Origin: Eledone cirrhosa
Taxonomy: Eukaryota
Direction of reading: 5' to 3'
NCBI GenBank assembly: GCA_964016885.1
Contig: OZ024740.1
Span: 439,766,001-439,830,000 of the forward strand
DNA length: 64,000 nucleotides
The notes under the pieces are model-generated. The model worked only from the letters and a program-made list of their open reading frames with translations, was not told where the DNA came from and searched no databases. Position 1 is the first letter of the stretch; every line of letters begins with the position of its first letter. Positions 1 through 17,420 of the stretch are shown here, piece by piece. The position numbers and the translations under genes are program-made.

Positions 1-3000
1 TATACCAACCTCCCCCAGTACTATACCAACCTACCCCAGTATTATACCAACCTCCCACAGTACTATACCAACCTCCCCCAGTACTATACCAACCTACCCC
101 AGTATTATACCAACCTCCCACAGTACTATACCAACCTCCCCCAGTACTATACCAACCTCCCCCAGTACTATACGAACCTCCGCCAGTACTATACCCCCCC
201 CCCCCCCCCAGTACTATACGAACCTCCGCCAGTACTATACCAACCTCCCACAGTACTATACCAACCTCCCCCAGTACTATACCAACCTACCCCAGTATTA
301 TACCAACCTACCCCAGTACTATACCAACCTCCCACAGTACTATACCAACCTCCCACAGTACTATACCAACCTCCCCCAGTACTACACCAACCTCCCCCAG
401 TACTATACCAACCTACCCCAGTATTATACCAACCTACCCCAGTACTATACCAACCTCCCACAGTACTATACCAACCTTCCACAGTGCTATACCAACCTAC
501 CCCAGTACTATACCAACCTCCCACAGTACTATACCACCCTAACACAGTACTATACCAACCTCCCCCAGTACTATACCAACCTACCCCAGTATTATACCAA
601 CCTCCCACAGTACTATACCAACCTCCCCCAGTACTATACCAACCTCCCACAGTACTATACCAACCTCCCCCAGTACTACACCAACCTCCCACAGTACTAT
701 ACCAACCTCCCCCAGTACTATACCAACCTACCCCAGTATTATACCAACCTCCCCCAGTACTATACCAACCTCCCACAGTACTATACCAACCTCCCCCAGT
801 ACTATACCAACCTCCCACAGTACTATACCAACCTCCCCCAGTGCTATACCAACCTACCACAGTATTATACCAACCTCCCACAGTACTATACCAACCTCCC
901 CCAGTACTATACCAAACTACCACAGTATTATACCAACCTCCCCCAGTACTATACCAACCTACCCCAGTATTATACCAACCTCCCACAGTACTATACCAAC
1001 CTCGCCCAGTACTATACCAACCTACCACAGTATTATACCAACCTCCCCCAGTACTATACCAACCTACCCCAGTATTATACCAACCTCCCACAGTACTATA
1101 CCAACCTCCCCCAGTACTATACCAACCTCCCCCAGTACTATACCAACCTACCCCAGTACTATACCAACCTTCCACAGTACTACACCAACCTCCCACAGTA
1201 CTATACCAACCTCCCCCAGTACTATACCAACCTCCCCCAGTACTATACCAACCTCCCACAGTACTATACCAACCTCCCCCAGTAATATACCAACCTACCC
1301 CAGTACTATACCACCCTAACACAGTACTATCCCAACCTCCCACAGTACTATACCAACCTCCCACAGTACTATACCAACCTCCCCCAGTACTATACCAACC
1401 TACCCCAGTACTATACCAACCTACCCCAGTATTATACCAACCTACCCCAGTATTATACCAACCTCACCCAGTATTATACCAACCTCCCACAGTACTATAC
1501 CAACCTCCCACAGTACTATACCAACCTACCCCAGTACTATACCAACCTACCCCAGTATTATACCAACCTACCCCAGTACTATACCAACCTACCCCAGTAT
1601 TATACCAACCTCACCCAGTACTATACCAACCTCCCACAGTACTATACCAACCTCCCACAGTACTATACCAACCTAGCCCAGTACTATACCAACCTCCCAC
1701 AGTACTATACCAACCTACCCCAGTACTATACCAACCTCCCCCAGTTCTATACCAACCTCCCCCAGTATTATACCAACCTACCACAGTACTATACCAACCT
1801 ACCCCAGTACAATACCAACCTACCCCAGTATTATACCAACCTACCCCAGTACTATACCAACCTCCCCCAGTTCTATACCAACCTCCCCCAGTATTATACC
1901 AACCTACCACAGTACTATACCAACCTACCCCATTACAATACCAACCTACCCCAGTATTATACCAACCTACCCCAGTACTATACCAACCTCCCCCAGTACT
2001 ATACCAACCTCCCCCAGTATTATACCAACCTACCACAGTACTATACCAACCTACACCAGTATTATACCAACCTCCCACAGTACTATACCAACCTCCCCCA
2101 GTACTATATCAACCTCCCCCAGTATTATACCAACCTACCACAGTACTATACCAACCTACCCCAGTACTATACCAACCTTCCACAGTATTATACCAACCTA
2201 CCCCAGTATTATACCAACCTACCCCAGTATTATACCAACCTACCCCAGTTTTATACCAACCTACCCCAGTACTCTACCAACCTCCCACAGTACTATACCA
2301 ACCTCCCCCAGTACTATACCAACCTACCCCAGTACTATACCAACCTCGCCCAGTAGCATACCATCCTACCCCAGTATTATACCAACCTCCCCCAGTACTA
2401 TACCAAACTCCCACAGTACTATACCAACCTCCCACAGTACTATACCAACCTACCACAGTACTATACCAACCTCCCCCAGTACTATACCAACCTCCCACAG
2501 TACTATACCAAACTACCACAGTACTATACCAGCCTACCCCAGTATTATACCAGCCTACCCCAGTATTATACCAACCTACCCCAGTACTATACCAACCTCC
2601 CCCAGTACTATACCAACCTCCCCCAGTACTATACCAACCTCCCCCAGTACTATACCAACCTACCCCAGTACTATACCAACCTCCCACAGTACTATACCAA
2701 CCTACCCCAGTACTATACCAACCTCGCCCAGTAGTATACCATCCTACCCCAGTATTATACCAACCTCCCCCAGTACTATCCCAGCCTACCCCGGTACTAT
2801 ACCAAACTCCCACAGTACTATACCAACCTCCCACAGTGCTATACCAACCTCCCACAGTACTATACCAGCCTCACACAGTACTATACCAACCTACCCCAGT
2901 ACTATACCAACCTCCCACAGTGCTATACCAACCTCCCACAGTACTATACCAGCCTCACACAGTACTATACCAACCTACCACAGTGCTATACCAACCTCCC

Positions 3001-6000
3001 ACAGTACTATACCAACCTCCCCCAGTACTATACCAACCTCCCCCAGTACTATACCAACCTCCCCCAGTACTATACCAACCTCCCCCAGTAATATACCAAC
3101 CTCCCACAGTATTATACCAACCTCCCCCAGTACTATACCAACCTCCCACAGCACTATACCAACCTCCCCCAGTACTATACCAACCTCCCCCAGTACTATA
3201 CCAACCTCCCACAGTATTATACCAACCTCCCCCAGTAATATACCAACCTACCCCAGTACTATACCACCCTAACACAGTACTATCCCAACCTCCCACAGTA
3301 CTATACCAACCTCCCACAGTACTATACAAACATCCCCCAGTACTATACCAACCTACCTCAGTACTATACCAACCTACCCCAGTATTATACCAACCTACCC
3401 CAGTATTATACCAACCTCACCCAGTATTATACCAACCTCCCACAGTACTATACCAACCTCCCACAGTACTATACCAACCTACCCCAGTACTATACCAACC
3501 TACCCCAGTATTATACCAACCTACCCCAGTACTATACCAACCTACCCCAGTATTATACCAACCTCACCCAGTACTATACCAACCTCCCACAGTACTATAC
3601 CAACCTCCCACAGTACTATACCAACCTACCCCAGTACTATACCAACCTCCCACAGTACTATACCAACCTACCCCAGTACTATACCAACCTACCCCAGTAT
3701 TATACCAACCTCACCCAGTACTATACCAACCTCCCACAGTACTATACCAACCTCCCACAGTACTATACCAACCTCCCCCAGTAGTGTACCAACCTCCCAC
3801 AGTACTTTACCAACCTCCCACACTACTCTACCAACCTCCCCCAGTACTATACAAACCTCCCCCAGTACTATACAAACCTCCCCCAGTACTATACCAACCT
3901 CCCACAGTACTATACCAACCTCCCCCAGTACTGTACCAACCTCCCACAGTACTTTACCAACCTCCCACACTACTCTACCAACCTCCCCCTGTACTATACA
4001 AACCTCCCCCAGTACTATACAAACCTCCCCCAGTACTATACCAACCTCCCACAGTACTATACCAACCTCCCCCAGTACTGTACCAACCTCCCACAGTACT
4101 TTACCAACCTCCCACAGTACTATACCAACCTCCCCCAGTACTATACAAACCTCCCCCAGTACTATACAAACCTCCCCCAGTACTATACCAACCTCCCACA
4201 GTACTATACCAACCTCCCCCAGTACTGTACCAACCTCCCACAGTACTTTACCAACCTCCCACAGTAGTCTACCAACCTCCCCCAGTACTATACAAACCTC
4301 CCCCAGTACTATACAAACCTCCCCCAGTACTGTACCAACCTCCCACAGTACTTTACCAACCTCCCACAGTAATATACCATCCTCCCCCAGTACTGGACCA
4401 ACCTCCCACAGTACTTTACCAACCTCCCCCAGTACTATACCAACCTCCCACAGTACTTTACCAACCTCCCCCAGTACTATACCAACCTCCCCCAGTACTA
4501 TACCTACCTCCCCCAGTACTATACCAACCTCACACAGCACTTTACCAACCTCCCACAGTACCATACCAACCTCCCCCAGTACTATACGAACCTCCGCCAG
4601 TAGTATACCCCCCCCCCCCCCCCCAGTACTATACGAACCTCCGCCAGTACTATACTAACCTTCCACAGTACTATACCAACCTCCCCCAGTACTATACCAA
4701 CCTACCCCAGTATTATACCAACCTACCCCAGTACTATACCAACCTCCCACAGTATTATACCAACCTCCCACAGTACTATACCAACCTCCCCCAGTACTAC
4801 ACCAACCTCCCCCAGTACTATACCAACCTACCCCAGTATTATACCAACCTACCCCAGTACTATACCAACCTCCCACAGTACTATACCAACCTTCCACAGT
4901 ACTATACCAACCTACCCCAGTACTATACCAACCTCCCACAGTACTATACCACCCTAACACAGTACTATACCAACCTCCCCCAGTACTATACCAACCTACC
5001 CCAGTATTATACCAACCTCCCACAGTATTATACCAACCTCCCCCAGTACTATACCAACCTCCCACAGTACTATACCAACCTCCCCCAGTACTATACCAAC
5101 CTCCCACAGTACTATACCAACCTCCCCCAGTAATATACCAACCTACCCCAGTACTGTACCACCCTAACACAGTACTATACCAACCTCCCACAGTACTATA
5201 CCAACCTCCCGCAGTACTATACCAACCTCTGCCAGTACTATACCAACCTACCACAGTATTATACCAACCTCCCCCAGTACTATACCAACCTACCCCAGTA
5301 TTATACCAACCTCCCACAGTACTATACCAACCTCCCCCAGTACTATACCAACCTCCCACAGTACTATAGCAACCTCCCCCAGTACTATACCAACCTACCG
5401 CAGTATTATACCAACCTCCCCCAGTACTATACCAACCTACCACAGTATTATACCAACCTCCCCCAGTACTATACCAACCTCCCACAGTACTATACCAACC
5501 TCCCCCAGTACTATACCAACCTACCACAGTATTATACCAACCTCCCCCAGTACTATACCAACCTACCACAGTATTATACCAACCTCCCCCAGTACTATAC
5601 CAACCTACCCCAGTATTATACCAACCTCCCACAGTACTACACCAACCTCCCCCAGTACTATACCAACCTCCCCCAGTACTATACCAACCTACCACAGTAT
5701 TATACCAACCTCCCCCAGTACTATACCAACCTACCCCAGTATTATACCAACCTCCCACAGTACTATACCAACCTCCCCCAGTACTATACCAACCTACCCC
5801 AGTATTATACCAACCTCCCACAGTACTATACCAACCTCCCCCAGTACTATGCCAACCTCCCACAGTACTATACCAACCTCCCCCAGTACTATACCAACCT
5901 ACCACAGTATTATACCAACCTCCCCCAGTACTATACCAACCTACCCCAGTATTATACCAACCTCCCACAGTACTATACCAACCTCCCCCAGTACTATACC

Positions 6001-9000
6001 AACCTACCCCAGTACTATACCAACCTCCCCCAGTACTATACCAACCTCCCACAGTACTATACCAACCTCCCCCAGTAATATACCAACATACCCCAGTACT
6101 ATACCACCCTAACACAGTACTATACCAACCTCCCACAGTACTATACCAACCTCCCACAGTACTATACCAACCTCTGCCAGTACTATACCAACCTACCACA
6201 GTATTATACCAACCTCCCCCAGTACTATACCAACCTACCCCAGTATTATACCAACCTCCCACAGTACTATACCAACCTCCCCCAGTACTATACCAACCTC
6301 CCACAGTACTATACCAACCTCCCCCAGTACTATACCAACCTACCACAGTATTATACCAACCTCCCCCAGTACTATACCAACCTACCCCAGTACTATACCA
6401 ACCTCCCCCAGTACTATACCAACCTCCCACAGTACTATACCAACCTCCGCCAGTACTATACCAACCTACCACAGTATTATACCAACCTCCCCCAGTACTA
6501 TACCAACCTACCACAGTATTATACCAACCTCCCCCAGTACTATACCAACCTACCCCAGTATTATACCAACCTCCCACAGTACTACACCAACCTCCCCCAG
6601 TACTATACCAACCTCCCACAGTACTATACCAACCTCCCCCAGTACTATACCAACCTACCACAGTATTATACCAACCTCCCCCAGTACTATACCAACCTAC
6701 CCCAGTATTATACCAACCTCCCACAGTACTATACCAACCTCCCCCAGTACTATACCAACCTACCCCAGTATTATACCAACCTCACACAGTACTATACCAA
6801 CCTCCCCCAGTACTATACCAACCTCCCCCAGTACTATACGAACCTCCGCCAGTACTATACCCCCCCCCCCAGTACTATACGAACCTCCGCCAGTACTATA
6901 CCAACCTCCCACAGTACTATACCAACCTCCCCCAGTACTATACCAACCTACCCCAGTATTATACCAACCTACCCCAGTACTATACCAACCTCCCACAGTA
7001 CTATACCAACCTCCCACAGTACTATACCAACCTCCCCCAGTACTACACCAACCTCCCCCAGTACTATACCAACCTACCCCAGTATTATACCAACCTACCC
7101 CAGTACTATACCAACCTCCCACAGTACTATACCAACCTTCCACAGTACTATACCAACCTACCCCAGTACTATACCAACCTCCCACAGTACTATACCACCC
7201 TAACACAGTACTATACCAACCTCCCCCAGTACTATACCAACCTACCCCAGTATTATACCAACCTCCCACAGTACTATACCAACCTCCCCCAGTACTATAC
7301 CAACCTCCCACAGTACTATACCAACCTCCCCCAGTACTACACCAACCTCCCACAGTACTATACCAACCTCCCCCAGTACTATACCAACCTACCCCAGTAT
7401 TATACCAACCTCCCCCAGTACTATACCAACCTCCCACAGTACTATACCAACCTCCCCCAGTACTATACCAACCTCCCACAGTACTATACCAACCTCCCCC
7501 AGTGCTATACCAACCTACCACAGTATTATACCAACCTCCCACAGTACTATACCAACCTCCCCCAGTACTATACCAAACTACCACAGTATTATACCAACCT
7601 CCCCCAGTACTATACCAACCTACCCCAGTATTATACCAACCTCCCACAGTACTATACCAACCTCGCCCAGTACTATACCAACCTACCACAGTATTATACC
7701 AACCTCCCCCAGTACTATACCAACCTACCCCAGTATTATACCAACCTCCCACAGTACTATACCAACCTCCCCCAGTACTATACCAACCTCCCCCAGTACT
7801 ATACCAACCTACCCCAGTACTATACCAACCTTCCACAGTACTACACCAACCTCCCACAGTACTATACCAACCTCCCCCAGTACTATACCAACCTCCCACA
7901 GTACTATACCAACCTCCCCCAGTAATATACCAACCTACCCCAGTACTATACCACCCTAACACAGTACTATCCCAACCTCCCACAGTACTATACCAACCTC
8001 CCACAGTACTATACCAACCTCCCCCAGTACTATACCAACCTACCCCAGTACTATACCAACCTACCCCAGTATTATACCAACCTACCCCAGTATTATACCA
8101 ACCTCACCCAGTATTATACCAACCTCCCACAGTACTATACCAACCTCCCACAGTACTATACCAACCTACCCCAGTACTATACCAACCTACCCCAGTATTA
8201 TACCAACCTACCCCAGTACTATACCAACCTACCCCAGTATTATACCAACCTCACCCAGTACTATACCAACCTCCCACAGTACTATACCAACCTCCCACAG
8301 TACTATACCAACCTAGCCCAGTACTATACCAACCTCCCACAGTACTATACCAACCTACCCCAGTACTATACCAACCTCCCCCAGTTCTATACCAACCTCC
8401 CCCAGTATTATACCAACCTACCACAGTACTATACCAACCTACCCCAGTACAATACCAACCTACCCCAGTATTATACCAACCTACCCCAGTACTATACCAA
8501 CCTCCCCCAGTTCTATACCAACCTCCCCCAGTGTTATACCAACCTACCACAGTACTATACCAACCTAACCCATTACAATACAAACCTACCCCAGTATTAT
8601 ACCAACCTACCCCAGTACTATACCAACCTCCCCCAGTACTATACCAACCTCCCCCAGTATTATACCAACCTACCACAGTACTATACCAACCTACACCAGT
8701 ATTATACCAACCTCCCACAGTACTATACCAACCTCCCCCAGTACTATATCAACCTCCCCCAGTATTATACCAACCTACCACAGTACTATACCAACCTACC
8801 CCAGTACTATACCAACCTTCCACAGTATTATACCAACCTACCCCAGTATTATACCAACCTACCCCAGTATTATACCAACCTACCCCAGTTTTATACCAAC
8901 CTACCCCAGTACTCTACCAACCTCCCACAGTACTATACCAACCTCCCCCAGTACTATACCAACCTACCCCAGTACTATACCAACCTCGCCCAGTAGCATA

Positions 9001-12000
9001 CCATCCTACCCCAGTATTATACCAACCTCCCCCAGTACTATACCAAACTCCCACAGTACTATACCAACCTCCCACAGTACTATACCAACCTACCACAGTA
9101 CTATACCAACCTCCCCCAGTACTATACCAACCTCCCACAGTACTATACCAAACTACCACAGTACTATACCAGCCTACCCCAGTATTATACCAGCCTACCC
9201 CAGTATTATACCAACCTACCCCAGTACTATACCAACCTCCCCCAGTACTATACCAACCTCCCCCAGTACTATACCAACCTCCCCCAGTACTATACCAACC
9301 TACCCCAGTACTATACCAACCTCCCACAGTACTATACCAACCTACCCCAGTACTATACCAACCTCGCCCAGTAGTATACCATCCTACCCCAGTATTATAC
9401 CAACCTCCCCCAGTACTATCCCAGCCTACCCCGGTACTATACCAAACTCCCACAGTACTATACCAACCTCCCACAGTGCTATACCAACCTCCCACAGTAC
9501 TATACCAGCCTCACACAGTACTATACCAACCTACCCCAGTACTATACCAACCTCCCACAGTGCTATACCAACCTCCCACAGTACTATACCAGCCTCACAC
9601 AGTACTATACCAACCTACCACAGTGCTATACCAACCTCCCACAGTACTATACCAACCTCCCCCAGTACTATACCAACCTCCCCCAGTACTATACCAACCT
9701 CCCCCAGTACTATACCAACCTCCCCCAGTAATATACCAACCTCCCACAGTATTATACCAACCTCCCCCAGTACTATACCAACCTCCCACAGTACTATACC
9801 AACCTCCCCCAGTACTATACCAACCTCCCCCAGTACTATACCAACCTCCCACAGTATTATACCAACCTCCCCCAGTAATATACCAACCTACCCCAGTACT
9901 ATACCACCCTAACACAGTACTATCCCAACCTCCCACAGTACTATACCAACCTCCCACAGTACTATACAAACCTCCCCCAGTACTATACCAACCTACCTCA
10001 GTACTATACCAACCTACCCCAGTATTATACCAACCTACCCCAGTATTATACCAACCTCACCCAGTATTATACCAACCTCCCACAGTACTATACCAACCTC
10101 CCACAGTACTATACCAACCTACCCCAGTACTATACCAACCTACCTTAGTATTATACCAACCTACCCCAGTACTATACCAACCTACCCCAGTATTATACCA
10201 ACCTCACCCAGTACTATACCAACCTCCCACAGTACTATACCAACCTCCCACAGTACTATACCAACCTACCCCAGTACTATACCAACCTCCCACAGTACTA
10301 TACCAACCTACCCCAGTACTATACCAACCTACCCCAGTATTATACCAACCTCACCCAGTACTATACCAACCTCCCACAGTACTATACCAACCTCCCACAG
10401 TACTATACCAACCTCCCCCAGTAGTGTACCAACCTCCCACAGTACTTTACCAACCTCCCACACTACTCTACCAACCTCCCCCAGTACTATACAAACCTCC
10501 CCCAGTACTATACAAACCTCCCCCAGTACTATACCAACCTCCCACAGTACTATACCAACCTCCCCCAGTACTGTACCAACCTCCCACAGTACTTTACCAA
10601 CCTCCCACACTACTCTACCAACCTCCCCCTGTACTATACAAACCTCCCCCAGTACTATACAAACCTCCCCCAGTACTATACCAACCTCCCACAGTACTAT
10701 ACCAACCTCCCCCAGTACTGTACCAACCTCCCACAGTACTTTACCAACCTCCCACAGTACTATACCAACCTCCCCCAGTACTATACAAACCTCCCCCAGT
10801 ACTATACAAACCTCCCCCAGTACTATACCAACCTCCCACAGTACTATACCAACCTCCCCCAGTAATATACCAACATACCCCAGTACTATACCACCCTAAC
10901 ACAGTACTATACCAACCTCCCACAGTACTATACCAACCTCCCACAGTACTATACCAACCTCTGCCAGTACTATACCAACCTACCACAGTATTATACCAAC
11001 CTCCCCCAGTACTATACCAACCTACCCCAGTATTATACCAACCTCCCACAGTACTATACCAACCTCCCCCAGTACTATACCAACCTCCCACAGTACTATA
11101 CCAACCTCCCCCAGTACTATACCAACCTACCACAGTATTATACCAACCTCCCCCAGTACTATACCAACCTACCCCAGTATTATACCAACCTCCGCCAGTA
11201 CTATACCAACCTCCCACAGTACTATACCAACCTCCGCCAGTACTATACCAACCTACCACAGTATTATACCAACCTCCCCCAGTACTATACCAACCTACCA
11301 CAGTATTATACCAACCTCCCCCAGTACTATACCAACCTACCCCAGTATTATACCAACCTCCCACAGTACTACACCAACCTCCCCCAGTACTATACCAACC
11401 TCCCACAGTACTATACCAACCTCCCCCAGTACTATACCAACCTACCACAGTATTATACCAACCTCCCCCAGTACTATACCAACCTACCCCAGTATTATAC
11501 CAACCTCCCACAGTACTATACCAACCTCCCCCAGTACTATACCAACCTACCCCAGTATTATACCAACCTCCCACAGTACTATACCAACCTCCCCCAGTAC
11601 TATACCAACCTCCCCCAGTACTATACGAACCTCCGCCAGTACTATACCCCCCCCCCCCCCCCAGTACTATACGAACCTCCGCCAGTACTATACCAACCTC
11701 CCACAGTACTATACCAACCTCCCCCAGTACTATACCAACCTACCCCAGTATTATACCAACCTACCCCAGTACTATACCAACCTCCCACAGTACTATACCA
11801 ACCTCCCACAGTACTATACCAACCTCCCCCAGTACTACACCAACCTCCCCCAGTACTATACCAACCTACCCCAGTATTATACCAACCTACCCCAGTACTA
11901 TACCAACCTCCCACAGTACTATACCAACCTTCCACAGTACTATACCAACCTACCCCAGTACTATACCAACCTCCCACAGTACTATACCACCCTAACACAG

Positions 12001-15000
12001 TACTATACCAACCTCCCCCAGTACTATACCAACCTACCCCAGTATTATACCAACCTCCCACAGTACTATACCAACCTCCCCCAGTACTATACCAACCTCC
12101 CACAGTACTATACCAACCTCCCCCAGTACTACACCAACCTCCCACAGTACTATACCAACCTCCCCCAGTACTATACCAACCTACCCCAGTATTATACCAA
12201 CCTCCCCCAGTACTATACCAACCTCCCACAGTACTATACCAACCTCCCCCAGTACTATACCAACCTCCCACAGTACTATACCAACCTCCCCCAGTGCTAT
12301 ACCAACCTACCACAGTATTATACCAACCTCCCACAGTACTATACCAACCTCCCCCAGTACTATACCAAACTACCACAGCATTATACCAACCTCCCCCAGT
12401 ACTATACCAACCTACCCCAGTATTATACCAACCTCCCACAGTACTATACCAACCTCGCCCAGTACTATACCAACCTACCACAGTATTATACCAACCTCCC
12501 CCAGTACTATACCAACCTACCCCAGTATTATACCAACCTCCCACAGTACTATACCAACCTCCCCCAGTACTATACCAACCTCCCCCAGTACTATACCAAC
12601 CTACCCCAGTACTATACCAACCTTCCACAGTACTACACCAACCTCCCACAGTACTATACCAACCTCCCCCAGTACTATACCAACCTCCCCCAGTACTATA
12701 CCAACCTCCCACAGTACTATACCAACCTCCCCCAGTAATATACCAACCTACCCCAGTACTATACCACCCTAACACAGTACTATCCCAACCTCCCACAGTA
12801 CTATACCAACCTCCCACAGTACTATACCAACCTCCCCCAGTACTATACCAACCTACCCCAGTACTATACCAACCTACCCCAGTATTATACCAACCTACCC
12901 CAGTATTATACCAACCTCACCCAGTATTATACCAACCTCCCACAGTACTATACCAACCTCCCACAGTACTATACCAACCTACCCCAGTACTATACCAACC
13001 TACCCCAGTATTATACCAACCTACCCCAGTACTATACCAACCTACCCCAGTATTATACCAACCTCACCCAGTACTATACCAACCTCCCACAGTACTATAC
13101 CAACCTCCCACAGTACTATACCAACCTAGCCCAGTACTATACCAACCTCCCACAGTACTATACCAACCTACCCCAGTACTATACCAACCTCCCCCAGTTC
13201 TATACCAACCTCCCCCAGTATTATACCAACCTACCACAGTACTATACCAACCTACCCCAGTACAATACCAACCTACCCCAGTATTATACCAACCTACCCC
13301 AGTACTATACCAACCTCCCCCAGTTCTATACCAACCTCCCCCAGTATTATACCAACCTACCACAGTACTATACCAACCTACCCCATTACAATACCAACCT
13401 ACCCCAGTATTATACCAACCTACCCCAGTACTATACCAACCTCCCCCAGTACTATACCAACCTCCCCCAGTATTATACCAACCTACCACAGTACTATACC
13501 AACCTACACCAGTATTATACCAACCTCCCACAGTACTATACCAACCTCCCCCAGTACTATATCAACCTCCCCCAGTATTATACCAACCTACCACAGTACT
13601 ATACCAACCTACCCCAGTACTATACCAACCTTCCACAGTATTATACCAACCTACCCCAGTATTATACCAACCTACCCCAGTATTATACCAACCTACCCCA
13701 GTTTTATACCAACCTACCCCAGTACTCTACCAACCTCCCACAGTACTATACCAACCTCCCCCAGTACTATACCAACCTACCCCAGTACTATACCAACCTC
13801 GCCCAGTAGCATACCATCCTACCCCAGTATTATACCAACCTCCCCCAGTACTATACCAAACTCCCACAGTACTATACCAACCTCCCACAGTACTATACCA
13901 ACCTACCACAGTACTATACCAACCTCCCCCAGTACTATACCAACCTCCCACAGTACTATACCAAACTACCACAGTACTATACCAGCCTACCCCAGTATTA
14001 TACCAGCCTACCCCAGTATTATACCAACCTACCCCAGTACTATACCAACCTCCCCCAGTACTATACCAACCTCCCCCAGTACTATACCAACCTCCCCCAG
14101 TACTATACCAACCTACCCCAGTACTATACCAACCTCCCACAGTACTATACCAACCTACCCCAGTACTATACCAACCTCGCCCAGTAGTATACCATCCTAC
14201 CCCAGTATTATACCAACCTCCCCCAGTACTATCCCAGCCTACCCCGGTACTATACCAAACTCCCACAGTACTATACCAACCTCCCACAGTGCTATACCAA
14301 CCTCCCACAGTACTATACCAGCCTCACACAGTACTATACCAACCTACCCCAGTACTATACCAACCTCCCACAGTGCTATACCAACCTCCCACAGTACTAT
14401 ACCAGCCTCACACAGTACTATACCAACCTACCACAGTGCTATACCAACCTCCCACAGTACTATACCAACCTCCCCCAGTATTATACCAACCTCCCCCAGT
14501 ACTATACCAACCTCCCCCAGTACTATACCAACCTCCCCCAGTAATATACCAACCTCCCACAGTATTATACCAACCTCCCCCAGTACTATACCAACCTCCC
14601 ACAGTACTATACCAACCTCCCCCAGTACTATACCAACCTCCCCCAGTACTATACCAACCTCCCACAGTATTATACCAACCTCCCCCAGTAATATACCAAC
14701 CTACCCCAGTACTATACCACCCTAACACAGTACTATCCCAACCTCCCACAGTACTATACCAACCTCCCACAGTACTATACAAACATCCCCCAGTACTATA
14801 CCAACCTACCTCAGTACTATACCAACCTACCCCAGTATTATACCAACCTACCCCAGTATTATACCAACCTCACCCAGTATTATACCAACCTCCCACAGTA
14901 CTATACCAACCTCCCACAGTACTATACCAACCTACCCCAGTACTATACCAACCTACCCCAGTATTATACCAACCTACCCCAGTACTATACCAACCTACCC

Positions 15001-17420
15001 CAGTATTATACCAACCTCACCCAGTACTATACCAACCTCCCACAGTACTATACCAACCTCCCACAGTACTATACCAACCTACCCCAGTACTATACCAACC
15101 TCCCACAGTACTATACCAACCTACCCCAGTACTATACCAACCTACCCCAGTATTATACCAACCTCACCCAGTACTATACCAACCTCCCACAGTACTATAC
15201 CAACCTCCCACAGTACTATACCAACCTCCCCCAGTAGTGTACCAACCTCCCACAGTACTTTACCAACCTCCCACACTACTCTACCAACCTCCCCCAGTAC
15301 TATACAAACCTCCCCCAGTACTATACAAACCTCCCCCAGTACTATACCAACCTCCCACAGTACTATACCAACCTCCCCCAGTACTGTACCAACCTCCCAC
15401 AGTACTTTACCAACCTCCCACACTACTCTACCAACCTCCCCCTGTACTATACAAACCTCCCCCAGTACTATACAAACCTCCCCCAGTACTATACCAACCT
15501 CCCACAGTACTATACCAACCTCCCCCAGTACTGTACCAACCTCCCACAGTACTTTACCAACCTCCCACAGTACTATACCAACCTCCCCCAGTACTATACA
15601 AACCTCCCCCAGTACTATACAAACCTCCCCCAGTACTATACCAACCTCCCACAGTACTATACCAACCTCCCCCAGTACTGTACCAACCTCCCACAGTACT
15701 TTACCAACCTCCCACAGTAGTCTACCAACCTCCCCCAGTACTATACAAACCTCCCCCAGTACTATACAAACCTCCCCCAGTACTGTACCAACCTCCCACA
15801 GTACTTTACCAACCTCCCACAGTAATATACCATCCTCCCCCAGTACTGGACCAACCTCCCACAGTACTTTACCAACCTCCCCCAGTACTATACCAACCTC
15901 CCACAGTACTTTACCAACCTCCCCCAGTACTATACCAACCTCCCCCAGTACTATACCTACCTCCCCCAGTACTATACCAACCTCACACAGCACTTTACCA
16001 ACCTCCCACAGTACCATACCAACCTCCCCCAGTACTATACGAACCTCCGCCAGTACTATACCCCCCCCCCAGTACTATACGAACCTCCGCCAGTACTATA
16101 CTAACCTTCCACAGTACTATACCAACCTCCCCCAGTACTATACCAACCTACCCCAGTATTATACCAACCTACCCCAGTACTATACCAACCTCCCACAGTA
16201 TTATACCAACCTCCCACAGTACTATACCAACCTCCCCCAGTACTACACCAACCTCCCCCAGTACTATACCAACCTACCCCAGTATTATACCAACCTACCC
16301 CAGTACTATACCAACCTCCCACAGTACTATACCAACCTTCCACAGTACTATACCAACCTACCCCAGTACTATACCAACCTCCCACAGTACTATACCACCC
16401 TAACACAGTACTATACCAACCTCCCCCAGTACTATACCAACCTACCCCAGTATTATACCAACCTCCCACAGTATTATACCAACCTCCCCCAGTACTATAC
16501 CAAACTCCCACAGTACTATACCAACCTCCCCCAGCACTATACCAACCTCCCACAGTACTATACCAACCTCCCCCAGTAATATACCAACCTATCCCAGTAC
16601 TGTACCACCCTAACACAGTACTATACCAACCTCCCACAGTACTATACCAACCTCTGCCAGTACTATACCAACCTACCACAGTATTATACCAACCTCCCCC
16701 AGTACTATACCAACCTACCCCAGTATTATACCAACCTCCCACAGTACTATACCAACCTCCCCCAGTACTATACCAACCTCCCACAGTACTATACCAACCT
16801 CCCCCAGTACTATACCAACCTACCACAGTATTATACCAACCTCCCCCAGTACTATACCAACCTACCACAGTATTATACCAACCTCCCCCAGTACTATACC
16901 AACCTCCCACAGTACTATACCAACCTCCCCCAGTACTATACCAACCTACCACAGTATTATACCAACCTCCCCCAGTACTATACCAACCTACCACAGTATT
17001 ATACCAACCTCCCCCAGTACTATACCAACCTACCCCAGTATTATACCAACCTCCCACAGTAATACACCAACCTCCCCCAGTACTATACCAACCTCCCCCA
17101 GTACTATACCAACCTACCACAGTATTATACCAACCTCCCCCAGTACTATACCAACCTACCCCAGTATTATACCAACCTCCCACAGTACTATACCAACCTC
17201 CCCCAGTACTATACCAACCTACCCCAGTATTATACCAACCTCCCACAGTACTATACCAACCTCCCCCAGTACTATGCCAACCTCCCACAGTACTATACCA
17301 ACCTCCCCCAGTACTATACCAACCTACCACAGTATTATACCAACCTCCCCCAGTACTATACCAACCTACCCCAGTATTATACCAACCTCCCACAGTACTA
17401 TACCAACCTCCCCCAGTACT
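1..17420. repeat. Higher-order duplicated blocks in the satellite: 1-~6,000 recurs at ~11,454-17,420 (offset 11,453) and 1-~4,230 recurs at ~6,660-10,860 (offset 6,640)
   Basis: Same order of rare variants. ORF-track pairs 189/11642, 1611/8251/13064, 2274/8914/13727, 2955/9595/14408 and 3689/10329/15142 give constant offsets. Confidence 0.92.
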
